Notes: generated by a model not told the origin, from the letters alone. Positions 1 to 12,785 are shown, counted from the stretch's first letter. The stretch is DNA of 64,000 nt from an uncultured Planctomycetota bacterium (GCA_963823665.1 CAWGMQ010000006.1:896001-960000), one strand, 5' to 3'. Program-made: numbers and translations.

Positions 1-438
1 ACGCGCAGGAGGGGCGAATCCTCGAGCCCGGTGATACGCGCCAGGAGGTCACAGTGCGTCGTACCGTCGGAAGCCGATTTGCGATACTGGCACGAGTCGA
101 CAGCGCGCATGAACGCGATCCGAATCTCAGGCCCCTGCCCCACTCAGTACACGCGGCACACACGGCGTGATCACGCGCACCCCCACGTAATCACCCCGGT
201 GGACCATGGGGTCGAGCAGGGCGCTCTCATAGCCCTCCGCGCATTCAAAGGTCTCGATCACGACCCACTTGCTTCCGCTCCATTCCTGGATGGACGTGCC
301 GGTGCTGTCCTCCAGCCGGCTCGAGCCCACGTTCGCTGGGTCCTGGATTGGTGTCGGGCCTTTCATCGCCGTCTCCTGATTGGTGTCTACGTGATAGGAC
401 CGTTCCGCGTCGACGACACACTCCACCAGAACCGGCGG

Positions 439-3400
439 CTACGGGCAAGTCCTTGCTACCCGGAAACCGATGAATGGCTCGCGGAGCTGCGGGTGGTTCT
501 GGTTGCGATACCAGATGCGGACCGTGCGGGGATGGCCGCCGTAGAAGCCGCCACGGAGCATCGCCGTCGGCGGCTCAGCGCCGTCCTGAACGACGAATGG
601 CTTCGCCCGGTCGACTGCGGCGCTCGACGTCGGCGTCCAGGTGCGTAGATGGCACCACTCGTAGACATTTCCCAGGGCGTCGAAGAGGCCCAGGTCATTC
701 GGTTGCAGCCGGCCGACCGGGTGCGCGTGGCCCTGTGCGTTATTCAGCCACCAGGCAAAGCGCGAGAGCAGAGCGTCGTCATCACCGAACGGCCAGATCG
801 CCGTCGCGCCGGCGCCGCAGCCATATTCCCACTCGGCCTCGGTCGGCAGGCGGTAGCCTGTCCGCTCGAGGTAGTTGTCCGCGAGCTTCATCCCCGAACG
901 AATCTGGTCGATTGGCGGGTAGCACATCTGCGACTCGGGAATGTGTTCTTGCTCGCTGAGCCAGCGGCAGTAACACGCCGCCTCGTACCATGAGACGCTC
1001 GAGACGGGGTCGGCCGCATCCTGGCCGCGGGGCCCTCCCGTTGCGCCGGCGAAACGAGCGAACTGTTCGCGCGTGACTTCCTTGGTCAGGAGCGCGAAGC
1101 TGCGCGGGATTTGCATGGTCCAGTGCTGTTCCGCTTCGGAATCGCCCATCGGGAAGGTGATCGGCCCGCGAATCACGGCGAAAGTCTGGCGCTCGAGGTT
1201 GGTGTACCAGCCACGGTCGGGCCGCGGATCTCGCGCGGCGAGCCGCGCGTCCTCGGCATCGACCGCCGCGCCACGGCCCCAGCGGCGGAGCAGCAAGTCG
1301 ACCGCGGAATGGGTGGCCGGATCGGGGTCATCATGGTAAGTCGCCAGCAGCACCGCCGTGAACCGGTCCGCCTGCGCGGCCGGGACTTCCTCCGGCCGGT
1401 ACTCGCTCAGAGCGCGGACCAGGGCTGGCGCGCTGACGGTTCGTGCTCGGCCGCGACCTGGTTCATGAGCAAGAGCGGATCAACCCCGGAGGGTTCGAGC
1501 CGGCTGACGAGGTACTCGCGTACCGATGCGCCGGCGCTGCGCGAAAGCAGGGCCCATGCGGATGCGCCCCGCCCGAGGCCGATCAAAATCGCGGCTGCCG
1601 CCGCCCGCCGACGCGAGTCGGCAAACCGCGTCGGGCCATCGGCGGAGCGTGTCGGCACCGGAGCGGCGAGCAGCGCCGCGCAACGTTCCTCGACCTCGTC
1701 GGCACGACGCCGCAGGGGCGCCAGAAAGGCGCGCGACTGCTGCGCATCCGCCGCCAGAACCAGGGGGAAGAGCGAATCCAGATCGTCACTGAGATAGACC
1801 GCCAGCGCACCGGCCGCGACCGACCGCTCCTGCGCCGAGCGCTCGCCGTCCTCGAACGCAGTCCGCAGCGCGGGCACCATCGCTTTGCGCACATTACCCA
1901 GCACGTCGATCCATCCCGCGACCGTCAGCGGGCCCTCCGCGCTGAGCGTCGCGACGAGGTCGGGCGCGATCGCGCGCCAGCGGAGGTTCGTCGAATCGTA
2001 ATCGGCCAATGCGCCTGCCGCGCGCAGCCGCCGTGCGCGCTCGACTGAGGGATCGCTCAGAAGCCCCCAGAGATCCGCCGTAAGCTGGGGCGCGAACGGG
2101 CGCAGCGCATCGCGGATCAAGGTCAGCTCCTCCGGGTCGGCGGAGAGCATCAGCTCGACTAAGGCCGGCACTTGCTGTTCTTCGCGAGGTAAGAGCGCCA
2201 GCGCCAGGCGCAAGCGACGCGATCGGTCCTTCTGGCTTGCCGCTCGAGGCGACTCGTGCCGCAGCATGGGGTCGAGCCAGCGCCTGTAGGGCCCCATCTC
2301 GGCGAGCACCGCGGGCACGTCGGAAGTGCGGGCGACGAGCAGCCGATCGTGCAAGTCCGCTGCGCGGAGCCAACCATAAAGCTCCAGACCCGCGAGAGCC
2401 AGACAGAGCACCGATGCGCCCACGATCACGCTGCGCGTGGCGTGATAACGCGTGGCCGCGTGCAGGAAGCTCGCCTGCTGTGCGGTCCAGCCGGCACGCC
2501 GGGTCAGCAGTCGCATCCTGAGGAACTCGGACCACGCCGGCAGCAGCCTGCGCCCCCGGTGCGCAGCCCAGAGCGCGGCCTGATCCGAGAGGGCAAGCGC
2601 CGCCCGCCCCCGGCGCAACTCGCGCTGCTTGCGATTCAACCACTGCCGGATCGAGTGGACCAGGTAGTCATGCGTGAGCTGATAACACATCGGCTCGCCT
2701 TCTTGTGATGCGGGTGCCAGGTCGGCGCGCTCCTGGGAGCCCGCTGGCGGTGCGGGCGCGGGCTCGCGCTCGGTCGGCGTGACAAGTCGCAATTCCGCGT
2801 CAAGCAGATGGATCAGATCGGCGAAATCTTCCGGCCGATTGGCGTACCCGGAGGCGCCCGGAGCTCGGCGGCGGAGCGCATCTGTCCTTTGATGTCGGTG
2901 CCGGTCTCAGGCAGCAGGGCCTGGAGAACGGCCTGCGCTGCCTTCTGGTGCAGCCGGTGCTCCGGGGGCGCGTGGGCCGCGTAGAATGTCTCTTCCAGAT
3001 AGGTCACGCCGACCCCCGCAGTGCCCCCCAGCGCCCTGAGACTTGAAGGCGTCCAGGTCTTTCCCTTGACCATTTCCGCGAACAACGCGAGTCGAACGGG
3101 GATAATCTTGCCGTCCTGAGCTAATCCGGCGAGCGCTTGATCGAGGAACGCCTTCTGTTCGGACGTGATCTGGCCCGCCTTTTCGGGCAGGGCCCCATAA
3201 GCACGGCCGAAGGCGGTCAGCACGCGCCGCGCGTGCTTCAGGTCGAAGAGGTCGACCGCGGCCGAGTTTTCCCCTTCGACCAGCCGGATTTCGAGCTCGC
3301 GCATGAAGCGGGTCGCCGCCATCCAGAACTCATCGCGGACCGTGACGATGGCTTGCACACGCTCGCCGTCGCATTGCCGCAGCGCGGCGACCAGCTCAAG

Positions 3401-5002
3401 ATCGGCCGCTTCACCGCGACCGAAGAGCCACTGCTCGAATTGATCCAGGATCAGCAGGACTTTCTGGCCCGAACGGAGCACCCGGCCTCTGCGCAGGGAC
3501 GCGACGCAGTCGGCCAGGCCGCGCTCGGCGGGAAGGTCAGGGCAGATCGCTTTGAGCCCGCGCAGAATGCGGCGCGCGGTCTCGCCGGCAGTTGCCTCGA
3601 CATAAATCGGAATCACGTTGCGAGCCAGCCGAGGCAGGAGGCCTGCTTTCACCAGCGACGACTTGCCGCAGCCGGAAGGACCGTAAATCAACCCGACGCC
3701 AAAACTCGCGGAGAGATCGGTCGCTTCGATGCGTACCTTCCAGAATCGCAGCCACTCGGGCAGCCCGTCGCGGTCGCGCGGGCCGGGCAGAAGCTCGAGG
3801 AAGAACTCAGCGTCGTGCTGGTCGAACGATCGTAGCCCCTTGGGCACGACCCGGATCAGCGTGCCACCGCGCTCGGGGCCCAAGGAGGACGCGGATTGCG
3901 CGAGGTCCGAAGCCGCCCCAGGCGGACGCTCGATCGCCGGCCCGCTTGGGCTCGCCGTGACGTCCTGTTCGAAGAAGTGCCGCAGATCCTCCGCCAGGTC
4001 GCCCGCTGTGCTGTAGCGGTCGGACGCGCGCCCGGCCATCGCCTTGAGGCAAATCCGCTCGAGCTCCCTGGGAACGGTATCGTCGACCTGGCGCGGCGGC
4101 CGCGGATCGGCGGCAATGATCTCGATCAGCAGCTCCGAACGGGTATCAGACCGGAACGGCCTTCTTCCGGTAAGCAACTCGTAGAGAACAACGCCCAGGC
4201 TGAAGATGTCGGACCGCCCGTCGACCCGATGCCCTTCGCCGCGTGCCTGCTCCGGGCTCATGTACGCCGGCGTGCCGGCGATCTTGGCACCGGTGCCGAA
4301 ATCCTCGTCGCGGAGCGCCAGCCCAAAGTCGGCCACGCACGGCCGTCCCGCGCTGTCGATCAGGATGTTCGCCGGCTTGATGTCCCGATGAACCAGCCCG
4401 CGCACGTGCGCATGGTGAAGCGCCTGGGCAATCGCCGCCGTCCATTGCGCGGCCTCGCGCATCGAGGGCTGCCCCTGCTTGAGCCGCGCCGCGAGATCGG
4501 TCCCCTCGATGTACTTCGAGACCAAGTAGCAGGTCGCGTCCTCGGCGCGGCCAACGTCATAAACCGGAACGATGTTCGGGTGGTCGAGCCTGGCAAGCAT
4601 CCGCGCTTCGGCCAGATACGCCTCGGCATCCTCGGGGCCGGTGATGCGTTCCGGATTGGGAACCTTGATCGCCACACGCCGATCGAGGTCCGCGTCATGC
4701 GCGAGATAGACCCGGCCGAAGTTCCCCGCGCCCAGCAGGCGAAGCACACGATAGCGGCCAATAACAACCGGGTCCGGTGGAAGCGGGCCGGCGCGCGCGA
4801 GGGCGGCCGGCGGCGGGCTCTCGCAAGCCTGAGTCTGCGTGTCGGGTGAAGTGTTGTCGAGCGAGACACCGCCCGTGACCGACGAGCCTGGGTTTGTCGT
4901 CCCTGGGCCGGGGCCTTTTTGAGTAATCGATTCGGTGGGCCGCGTCGCATCGTCCAAGCGTCGGAACCTCGCGCAGACCTGACCTGACTCAGAGCGTTCC
5001 AT
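439..5002 (-). CDS. Ser/Thr protein kinase fused to a P-loop ATPase and a C-terminal FGE-sulfatase (SUMF1) domain; split by two frameshifts (~2850, ~1410)
   Basis: ORFs 2813-5020, 1407-2792 and 439-1353 are collinear. Kinase motifs LGAGNFGRV, HRDIKPAN, DFG; Walker A GPSGCGKSS; FGE motifs YRLPTEAEWEY, GNVYEWC, GFRVAR. ATG at 5002 with a GGAGG RBS. Confidence 0.85.
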
Positions 5003-5204
5003 TATCCTCCCGAACCGCACCGGTTAAAACCATGTGGTCATGACCAAAATCGCCACGGCGCGCCCGCGGCGCGCCTCACGCCGGGATTTCGATCGGCCGC
5101 CCTCCGCAAGTGCACATGCGAAAACGGCTTTGGTCGATCCATGAGCCTCTTGCCCCCTGATAAATAATGATAAAAAATGATTAAAAAAAGGAGCGGCGTT
5201 TTCA

Positions 5205-5515
5205 CCCCGCGTATGTTGCGCGAAGCTTCCCGCCCGTAAGAAGGGGGGGCCAGGGTGGCCTGTTGAAAACTTCCAGATTGACGAGCGGAGGTTTCCCGCC
5301 GCGAATGTCGCGCCAAGCTTCCCCCCTTAACAAGGGGGGGCCAGGGGGGGTCGTCCCGGCGGCCGCGTACGGAGAGTCGCTCGACCGCACCACTCCGACT
5401 CCTACTCATACTCTTACTCATACTCTTACTCGTACACTTCCGCCCCCATCCTCCGCCGTCCACAAGCCAAGTGGGGTCCCTCCCGGCGGCCGCCATCACA
5501 AAACGGTCGGGCAAC
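5205..5515 (-). repeat. Cluster of about three GC-rich palindromic REP-like units (CCCCCCTGGCCCCCCCTT..AAGGGGGGAAG type)
   Basis: Units at about 5226-5262, 5317-5367 and 5437-5515. The same family recurs at 52732-52871. Confidence 0.7.
5391..5434 (+). repeat. Degenerate hexamer tandem repeat (ACTCNT)n
   Basis: actccgactcctactcatactcttactcatactcttactcgta. Confidence 0.8.
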
Positions 5516-5616
5516 AGAATACGCCGAATCGTCGACATGGAGTGTTCTCAGGATGAGTGGAGATCGATGAGGGGGTAGTAAAGCAGAGGAAGCCGCAGTA
5601 TAAACCGGCAAACGTT

Positions 5617-5657
5617 GATCCGAATCATAATCTTAATCCTAATCTCAATCTCAATCG
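5617..5657 (+). repeat. Degenerate hexamer tandem repeat (AATCNN)n
   Basis: gatccgaatcataatcttaatcctaatctcaatctcaatc. Confidence 0.75.
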
Positions 5658-5717
5658 AGTTTCGGCTCTGCAAGCCTGCCGCTCGCCGCGCCCATCATCC
5701 CCACCATCCGCCTCACC

Positions 5718-7789
5718 TCACGGCCCCCGCACATCCTGCGACCCCGTCGCTCCCTCCGCACTCACCGCGCCGTTAGCCACCCCCGCATTCAACCTCGCCA
5801 AGCGCTCCCGCTCCCGCGCTTCCGCCCGCGACCGAATCCACTCCCGCCGCCTGATCTCCTTCCACGCGTCCCGCCGCTCGCCTGCCGTCAGCGGTCGTGC
5901 TTCCGGCTTGGTCGAACCTCCCGCTCCGCTCGCTTCCGGGCCACCCGCCGGAATTGGCTTCGTTTCCAAAAAAATTGGCTTCGTTTCCGGGTTGTCAAGT
6001 CCCGAAGAACCGACGGAATTTGCCGGAACCTCAATAGTTTCTTCAGGTTGTGCTATGAGCACGTCATCACACAAATTGGCTTCGTTCGGCCTTTTTTCCG
6101 CGCATTCCTCCCCCCTTGTGGGGGACTCGCCGCCACCGGCGGCGGTAGGGGGGTGCTCGCGGATGGCCAGAGTCGACCCGCCCCCGTCGCCGCTCCCGGC
6201 AACCCCTTCATCGCACCCCCGATCCGCAGCTTCTGCCAGTTCATCCTGCCTGACTTCACCCACACTACCCGCGTTCAGCTCCGCGTCGCAGGTCCCGGCG
6301 CCCTCAGATTCAGAGCTCCCCGCTCCAGGATTCGGCACATCGTCCTCCACCGCAGCCGCAGGCTCGACCTCGCAGTCGCCGCCACCCGCAACGCCGATGT
6401 ACCTCTCGGGCAGATACCCCCCGCACGCGAGAACGTCCGATTCCTCAACCACAACCGAGTCCCACCCGCGGCGCTTTTCCTTCGAAGTAGCAGGCACACT
6501 CCGTGTGCCGTCCGCCTGAGTCTCACGGCCGCTTTCAAGTGCCGCGCCCGAAGTGCCATCCGCGATTGGCCCGCCGCTCCCACACTCACCCGCACCCGCC
6601 CCACCCTCCGCGTGTTGGACGCGGGTCTCCTGACCCCGCCCTCCGCCCTCCGCCCTCCGTCCTGCCTTCCGCTCGCCCCCCGCGCTCTCCCTCCACCAAG
6701 CCGCTGGCCGCCCGTCATAAGGGCTATTATCCTTCCCCGGCACCGGTGGCAAGGCTTCCCCATCGCTATCGGCCTTCCGCGCGCGTTTCTCCCTCCGAAC
6801 CGCCACGAGTCCTCGCTCCAGCGAGCCCTTGTATTTCAGAAACTCTCGGCGCATCGCCACAGCCTTCGGGCTATTCTCAAACGCCTTGAGCGCCCGTATC
6901 CTTACAGCATCCTCCCCGGCATTCTCTTCGTGCTCCGTGGCAAGCGCCCGGATCCGCTCGATCTCGGTCTGCACCATTTCGATCAGGCTCTGCCTGGCCT
7001 TCTCCGGTCCATCCGGGTGCGATAGGTCGCGCCACTTCACCTTGATGGCCTGTACATGGGCCTCGAGCACCGGTTCGCTCATATCGCTTTGTAGATCATC
7101 AAACGGTTTGCCCACCGGCCGAATCGCGTGACTTGCCGCGAAAACCTCGGCGACCCGCCTGTCTGCGATGCCGTCCACAGGATTCCGCCCCAGCAGCCGG
7201 ATCATCCGCAACCGATCTCCCGCGGCCCAGAAATGCTTCTGCGCGTTCTCAAGCAATTCTTCCAGCACTCCGAGCATCCAGAAGCAACCGATCGCGCTCG
7301 ATTCCAGTTTCCCCACGACCTTCCCGGGCTCGAGCGCGGCGCAGTTTCGCTCCCCCACGACGGTCCCCCCGGTTTCCTGTTGTTGAAGCGACTCGTGCCA
7401 TACAACGCCAGCGGCACCCCTCGCGGATCGGAGAACAGAAAGTTCCCCGTGTCGTATGCCTCTTCGATCTCGATGTCCACGGCCGTATCAATCGCGCTCT
7501 GAGCTTGTTCGAAGTACGCACGCTCCGCACGGTCCATCTCCCCAGCCACGAATAAGTTCGAGTGCACCAGAAACTCCTCGGGGTCGGTCTCCGGCGCATA
7601 AGTCCCGGCCCAGCGTATGTATCGCGATTGATAGGCAATGCTCTCGTCCCGCCCGAGCTTCTCCTGCTCCGAGCGAATCGTTCGCTTCCGAGCGTTCATA
7701 GCCGAGCGGGAGCGCCCCGACGGAGTCACGGGACCTGTGGAGCGCAAAGCATTGCGCCGGTTCGCATCGATTTGTGCTTGAGAGGCCAT
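5718..7789 (-). CDS. Hypothetical protein of the 'SQAQIDANRRNALRSTGP' family, frameshift near 7355
   Basis: Recognisable N-terminal motif MASQAQIDANRRNALRSTGPVT in ORF 7202-7933; continues in ORF 5718-7358. Confidence 0.6.
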
Positions 7790-8289
7790 ATCAGTGTAAT
7801 TTCCTATTGAATTTGAGCCCGCGCCAATGTCGCCCTTCGCTCCGCAAAGGTATTCGGTCCTCGCCCCAGTGTCGCCCTTCGCTCTCGCGAAGGGCCATCC
7901 CAATCCCACGGTATGCCATGCTCGGTCCGCCACGCTTCACTCACGCCCGTCCTCCGCCGTTGAACATCCTGCCCGGTTCCTCCCGCGCAGTTTCATCCAG
8001 CCGGTTTCTCCCCGCGCAAGATCACCGTGCCCTCCTGCACTCTGCGTCGAGCCCCCGAGCCATACTTCACGACAGTCAAATAAGTATAAACGAATGGAAC
8101 TCCCCATGAACTCCCCAAGCAATCAACAACATGACTCGATTATTTGGGGTTTGTTCCTGCATTTTGTAGCGAACGATGCGCAGATTTCCCCCAGACCCCC
8201 ATAACAACGAATATGCGAGAAGTGGGCTTCGCGGCGTTGAGCATTGTGACAGGCCTGTAGCGCGATGGCGACGGCCTCGATCGATTCCT

Positions 8290-9732
8290 CTATAGCGTTG
8301 CTATCGGACTGAGCTGGAAGCCCATCGCCGCCGCCTTCCGCTGGAGCGCTCTCACCAGATTGGCTTTGATCTTGGCCTCGTACTCCTCCATCGACTGGGT
8401 CACATACTCTTCGCCGTACTTGAGCATCCTGTAGACCAAACAGGCCAGCTTGTGTGCAGTCGCCTTGACGGCTCCAAGTCCACCGATCCGACTTTTGATC
8501 CGTCGGTAGTACATGCCCAAGGGTGTCATCGTCTTGCCTGCTGACTGCGCGGCCATCCGTAGGGCGATAGCGACTCGGTTCTTCCCTTGGCGATGACCGC
8601 GACGTCTTTTGGTCTTATTGCTCTCATCCTGGGAAGGACAAAGACGCAGCCAACTTGCGAAGTGCTTCTCCGTGGGAAACCGACTGACGTCCACACCGAT
8701 TTCGGCCAGAATGATCAGGGCCGTTCCCACGCCGATTCCCTCGATTTTTGTCAGGTCTACACCCAATGCCTGGAACAACGGGCCCGTCGCCTCGAATCGG
8801 GCATCGTTGCTTTTGCGACCACGCGTGCGTGGCTTACCAGTTTGTGTCTTCTCTCCCGCCCGGTTTTCGAATTTGGCCAGTTCGGCTTCAATCTGCTGGT
8901 CACACTCGGTGATCTGCCCATGATGGAACTGGTACAGCTCGCGCACCTGCCGCAGCTCGAAGAGATGTTCGGGCCGCCATGTCCCTTCCAACGCTAGGGC
9001 AATCTGCTCCTCGCTGTGATTACAGCGCCCATGCCGCAGTTTGGCCAGCTTCTTGGGATTGCGTTGGCCTCGCAGAATGGCGTCGATGATCGAAATGCCC
9101 GTCAGTCCCGTGATGTCGCTCATGACTTCCGTCAGTTTGACGTTCATCTGCTCCAAGGCCTTCTGCATGTGTTGGACATGAGCAGCGGCGTAACGCACCA
9201 GCATCTGCCGTTGCCGGGAGTAGGCGCGCAGGGCCAACACGGAGTCCGGAGGTCGGAACGACCCACGTAAGAGGCCGTAGGAGTGCAACCGCTGGATCCA
9301 CTGCGCGTCGAGTACGTCCGTCTTGGGGCGCGCGCCACAACGCGAAAGCTGTCCCGGTTCGACCAGCATAACCTCGAAGCCCTGGGATTCGAGGAGCTCG
9401 AACAGAGGAATCCAGTAAATGCCGGTGGATTCCAACGCGACGGTTTTTACGCCGCATTTCTTTAACCACACGGCGATCTCCTGAAGATCGGCGGTGTTGG
9501 CACCGAACTGGCGGACTGGGTCAACGTCGCGGTCAGCGGGAACGCAGACCATATGCATGTCGGAATGAACATCAACTCCGGCTGCGTCTGGATTCACGAC
9601 ACTGAGCGGTGCAGAGGAGGCGGGGACGGGGACGGGAAGCGACCTGACCCGCGGCTTGTTGGTCGGCTCCTTGGGTTTGCTCGGCTTCTTGGGCTTGCGT
9701 GGCTTCTTCGGCTCTTCGTGGGGGACAAGCAT
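8290..9732 (-). CDS. IS110-family transposase/recombinase (DEDD RuvC-like plus Tnp20 domain)
   Basis: AAGVDVH, ALESTGIYW, KTDVLDAQW, IEGIG...AEIG.DVSRF, and C-terminal A.KATAHKLA. Confidence 0.95.
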   Translation of the reverse strand: MLVPHEEPKKPRKPKKPSKPKEPTNKPRVRSLPVPVPASSAPLSVVNPDAAGVDVHSDMHMVCVPADRDVDPVRQFGANTADLQEIAVWLKKCGVKTVALESTGIYWIPLFELLESQGFEVMLVEPGQLSRCGARPKTDVLDAQWIQRLHSYGLLRGSFRPPDSVLALRAYSRQRQMLVRYAAAHVQHMQKALEQMNVKLTEVMSDITGLTGISIIDAILRGQRNPKKLAKLRHGRCNHSEEQIALALEGTWRPEHLFELRQVRELYQFHHGQITECDQQIEAELAKFENRAGEKTQTGKPRTRGRKSNDARFEATGPLFQALGVDLTKIEGIGVGTALIILAEIGVDVSRFPTEKHFASWLRLCPSQDESNKTKRRRGHRQGKNRVAIALRMAAQSAGKTMTPLGMYYRRIKSRIGGLGAVKATAHKLACLVYRMLKYGEEYVTQSMEEYEAKIKANLVRALQRKAAAMGFQLSPIATL

Positions 9733-9744
9733 GGGATCTCTCCG

Positions 9745-9960
9745 CTTCGCGGGTAGGTGTGGTGAAACGACAAGGCGCCGCGAGCCAAGAGGGGTATCGG
9801 GAACGAAATAGTCTCCCCAACGGGATCAATACCACGCCGGAAAAACCCGGCATGGCAAGTCACCAATGACAAGGTCGAAGCCTCTCGGACCATGCTGAAT
9901 GTCGGGCTAAAAGCACCAACGTGCCAACGGCCACTGACGCGCGTCGCCATATGGCAACGT
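9745..9960 (-). ncRNA. Candidate IS110 bridge/guide RNA region
   Basis: Position only: non-coding end upstream of an IS110 recombinase. Structure not verified. Confidence 0.4.
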
Positions 9961-10808
9961 CGACATAATGAGGTAAACCAAACCAGACCTTTCTCGACCC
10001 AAGTTCACGGGCCGTGAGGGGGCCGTACGCGGCTCGACCCGTTAAATGGGACTGCTGACCCCAAAAAAGTCCCATTCTTATTGCCGTAGGGAGTCCCGCG
10101 CGATGGCAGGCCAAAAAACCCCGGCGCAGCACGGAAATGCTGAGAAACAAACAGGATAGCGCCACCAGGCCCGTTCGACGATCCCTTGGCCCGCCGGTTG
10201 AAAACTCACCCTGCCCGCCCTCGATACCCGTCCCACGCTCGCCGTCGCTCAAAAATCGAGGATCGTGCACTCCGCGCCGTGCCCCCTCCGCGAGCGCAGG
10301 CCACGCCGTGCTTTCCCGCTCCACGAGCATGATCGAAACACACTGAGATCCTCGAGCCCACGCTCGAGCAAACGAAAAGAGCATTCGCGGTTCCAGATAA
10401 GAGGTGGGTGGTATCTCGCGCCGACTCCAGTGTCGGCGATCGAGATGCGGCTACTTATAATATGCGACCGGTTTCCCGAATTTCGCGATTTCGTCGGCCA
10501 GAAAACCTGGGATTTTTTCTCACGTCGCAACGGATGCAACGACGAACTTGATCGAAACTCCAGATTTGCGCACTCCGCGCCAAAAACGGGAAAAAACACC
10601 CCACGCGATTCCCACTTCCAGGCTTTCCGTGGATTATTTAACCACTCGCTCTTTTCCGTGTCGTTCGGTGTGTTCCGTGGTTAAAAGTACACTCTCCAAC
10701 CGCGGTGGCTTGCCCTGGCCGGTATCAACCCCCTAGACCAGCCGCGACGTGGACCCGGTTCGGCGTCCTGACCGAATAAGCAACTCTGACATCCCCCTAC
10801 ATCTAGAC

Positions 10809-10870
10809 AAGGCGCCGAGGAGGCTGGGCGTCGCGGGGCCGCTCGGCCAAGCCGGCCTCCTCGGCGCCTT
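10809..10870. terminator. Long GC-rich inverted repeat downstream of the ECF gene
   Basis: aaggcgccgaggaggctgg ... ccggcctcctcggcgcctt. Confidence 0.5.
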
Positions 10871-10883
10871 CGCTCCTCGCGGC

Positions 10884-12785
10884 TCATTTGGGATTGCCTG
10901 CAACGGGCCGCCGGGATCCGATCTGGGGGATCAACTTGCCGTCGCGCCAGATGTAAAAGCTGTTCGTTCCAGAAGCGTCCCAGTCAGACACTCTCGCACC
11001 TTCCTCCAAGTCGATCTTGAATGCATCGGTGCCTTCGAACACGGGGTTGAGCTCGACCTCGCTCCGTGTGATGGTGCTCACCCACCGCTCGGGAGCCCGA
11101 CCGTTGGGCGTGTAGGTGGCCGACACGGTGCCACTCAATGGGATCAGGTAATCGCCAAATTTCTTATACTTAATGTCGGAAACTGTCTTTTGAATAGACT
11201 CGGATTGGGTTGTATCGATGTGCTCGCCGAATCGCGAATCCTCATAGACGTTTCCGCGCCCCTTGTACATGGTGGCCTTCCGGAGACAGTAATCACTCGC
11301 CGGATCGAGCCAGACCGAGAGGTCGCCGTACTCGGTACGCGCTGAAACATGGAGGCACCGGACTCCATCAACGACCTCTTCGTCGGCGGCGAGTTGAGGA
11401 GTTGCAGCGAGGATTGCGACGAGACTTTTTCTCCGATTGCCGCACAGATAGCCGTCGAGCGCGAACCCGAGGTCGGAGCCGTAGAAAGCCCGCGCCGAGT
11501 ACGACTCACGATTCGCGAACGTTACGCCCCCACTCAGGTTTTTTCGGCCGATCGTCGTTGTTCGCACCAGATGAAAGGTGCCATCATCGATGGCTCGGGT
11601 GGTCACGTTCCCCGGATAATTTTCCGGCTGGCCGAGGAGCACAGTCTTCGAGTGGTAATCGACCTTGGGGCCATCTTTCCGGATGATCACTTCGGTATCG
11701 ACCTCACGTGGTCCGCGAGCTTTGCTCTTGACCTTCATGGAAAACCGCTGATGCCAATTTGAGTTCTTTGTTGCCGATTCCAGCACCTCCTTCACTCCCA
11801 TAACCGGATCGGGTGGGGAGTCCGAGATTCGGGGCAACGCGTCGATCGTTGTGGCCTGGCGCCCGGGCTGAGAGGGCGAATCCCCGGGACGGTGGTCGGT
11901 CCCGGCCGGCTCCGAGGCCACCTTTGCCACTGCGGCCGAGACAGCCCCGGCGGCCAGCAAGGCAAGCGATACGGTCTTCAGCTTGGCGAGTAACATCTGC
12001 TTCATCTCCCCCTCGACGATCGAAGACACCGACGCCGAGAACACCCCGGCCGTCGCCTCACCGAATCGGAGCGAAACCGCGATTCGGACCGTATTCTCGA
12101 TGAGCATCGGCGGCACCTCGGCCGCCGTGGCAATCCGCGAACCGGCCGACAAAGTGGCGATGGTGGTCGCGCCGAGACCCCGGCGTTCGAGCCGGTCCCG
12201 CAGCAGCCCCCGGCCCCGAGCCAGGCGGCTGGCCACGGTCCCCTCGGGCACCCCGAGCTGGTGGGCTGCCTCTCGGCGGGAGATGCCCTCCAGCTCGCAC
12301 AGGATCACCGGCATTCTGTACTTCTCCGGCAGCCGGCCCAGCTCCTCGTCGAGCAGCCCGTCGAACTGGCCTCGGCCCTCTTCCTGATAGGATTCGCCCC
12401 GTGCCGCGCGCATCGCCCGCTTCTCCCCGGCCCGGCGCCGCTCGGCACGGGCCCGAGCCGACTGGGCCGTGCGTACTGCCACTCCGTAGAGCCAGCCGGC
12501 TAAACGCTCGCGCCGGGCGACCGAGGCGGCCCGGCGAACCAGGACCAAGAAGGTTGCCTGGAAGGCGTCCTCGGCGTCGTGCGCATCACGGAGGATACGC
12601 CGGCAGGTACGCAGGACCATGGGGCCGTGCCGCGCGACCAGCTCCGCAAAGGCCACTTCGGCCTCCTCGCGATGCCGCGACAGGAAGCGTTCCAGAAGTT
12701 GGGGATCAGTCAGGGCCCCAGCCGCCCCGATGGTGAAGAGCGTGCGGATCTCCCGCCCGACGGCTCCCGATACCCCTCTCGCCAT
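10884..12785 (-). CDS. Planctomycete-type extended ECF sigma factor with a TM segment and C-terminal extracytoplasmic domain
   Basis: AFAELVARHGPMV, DAEDAFQATFLVL, region 4 LPEKYR...GTVASRLARGR. Confidence 0.9.
   Translation of the reverse strand: MARGVSGAVGREIRTLFTIGAAGALTDPQLLERFLSRHREEAEVAFAELVARHGPMVLRTCRRILRDAHDAEDAFQATFLVLVRRAASVARRERLAGWLYGVAVRTAQSARARAERRRAGEKRAMRAARGESYQEEGRGQFDGLLDEELGRLPEKYRMPVILCELEGISRREAAHQLGVPEGTVASRLARGRGLLRDRLERRGLGATTIATLSAGSRIATAAEVPPMLIENTVRIAVSLRFGEATAGVFSASVSSIVEGEMKQMLLAKLKTVSLALLAAGAVSAAVAKVASEPAGTDHRPGDSPSQPGRQATTIDALPRISDSPPDPVMGVKEVLESATKNSNWHQRFSMKVKSKARGPREVDTEVIIRKDGPKVDYHSKTVLLGQPENYPGNVTTRAIDDGTFHLVRTTTIGRKNLSGGVTFANRESYSARAFYGSDLGFALDGYLCGNRRKSLVAILAATPQLAADEEVVDGVRCLHVSARTEYGDLSVWLDPASDYCLRKATMYKGRGNVYEDSRFGEHIDTTQSESIQKTVSDIKYKKFGDYLIPLSGTVSATYTPNGRAPERWVSTITRSEVELNPVFEGTDAFKIDLEEGARVSDWDASGTNSFYIWRDGKLIPQIGSRRPVAGNPK

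Larger units (their letters stand above)
8100..10000 (-). mobile_element. IS110-family insertion sequence, boundaries approximate
   Basis: Transposase with a long upstream non-coding region. No TIR or TSD seen, as expected for this family. A duplicated GAACTCCCCA at 8097-8117 may mark one end. Confidence 0.6.

Noticed and set aside
10785..10797. TCTGACATCCCC as a solo right arm of the hairpin element
   Set aside because: Only a 12-nt match, lacking the GGGTG part; too weak to call.
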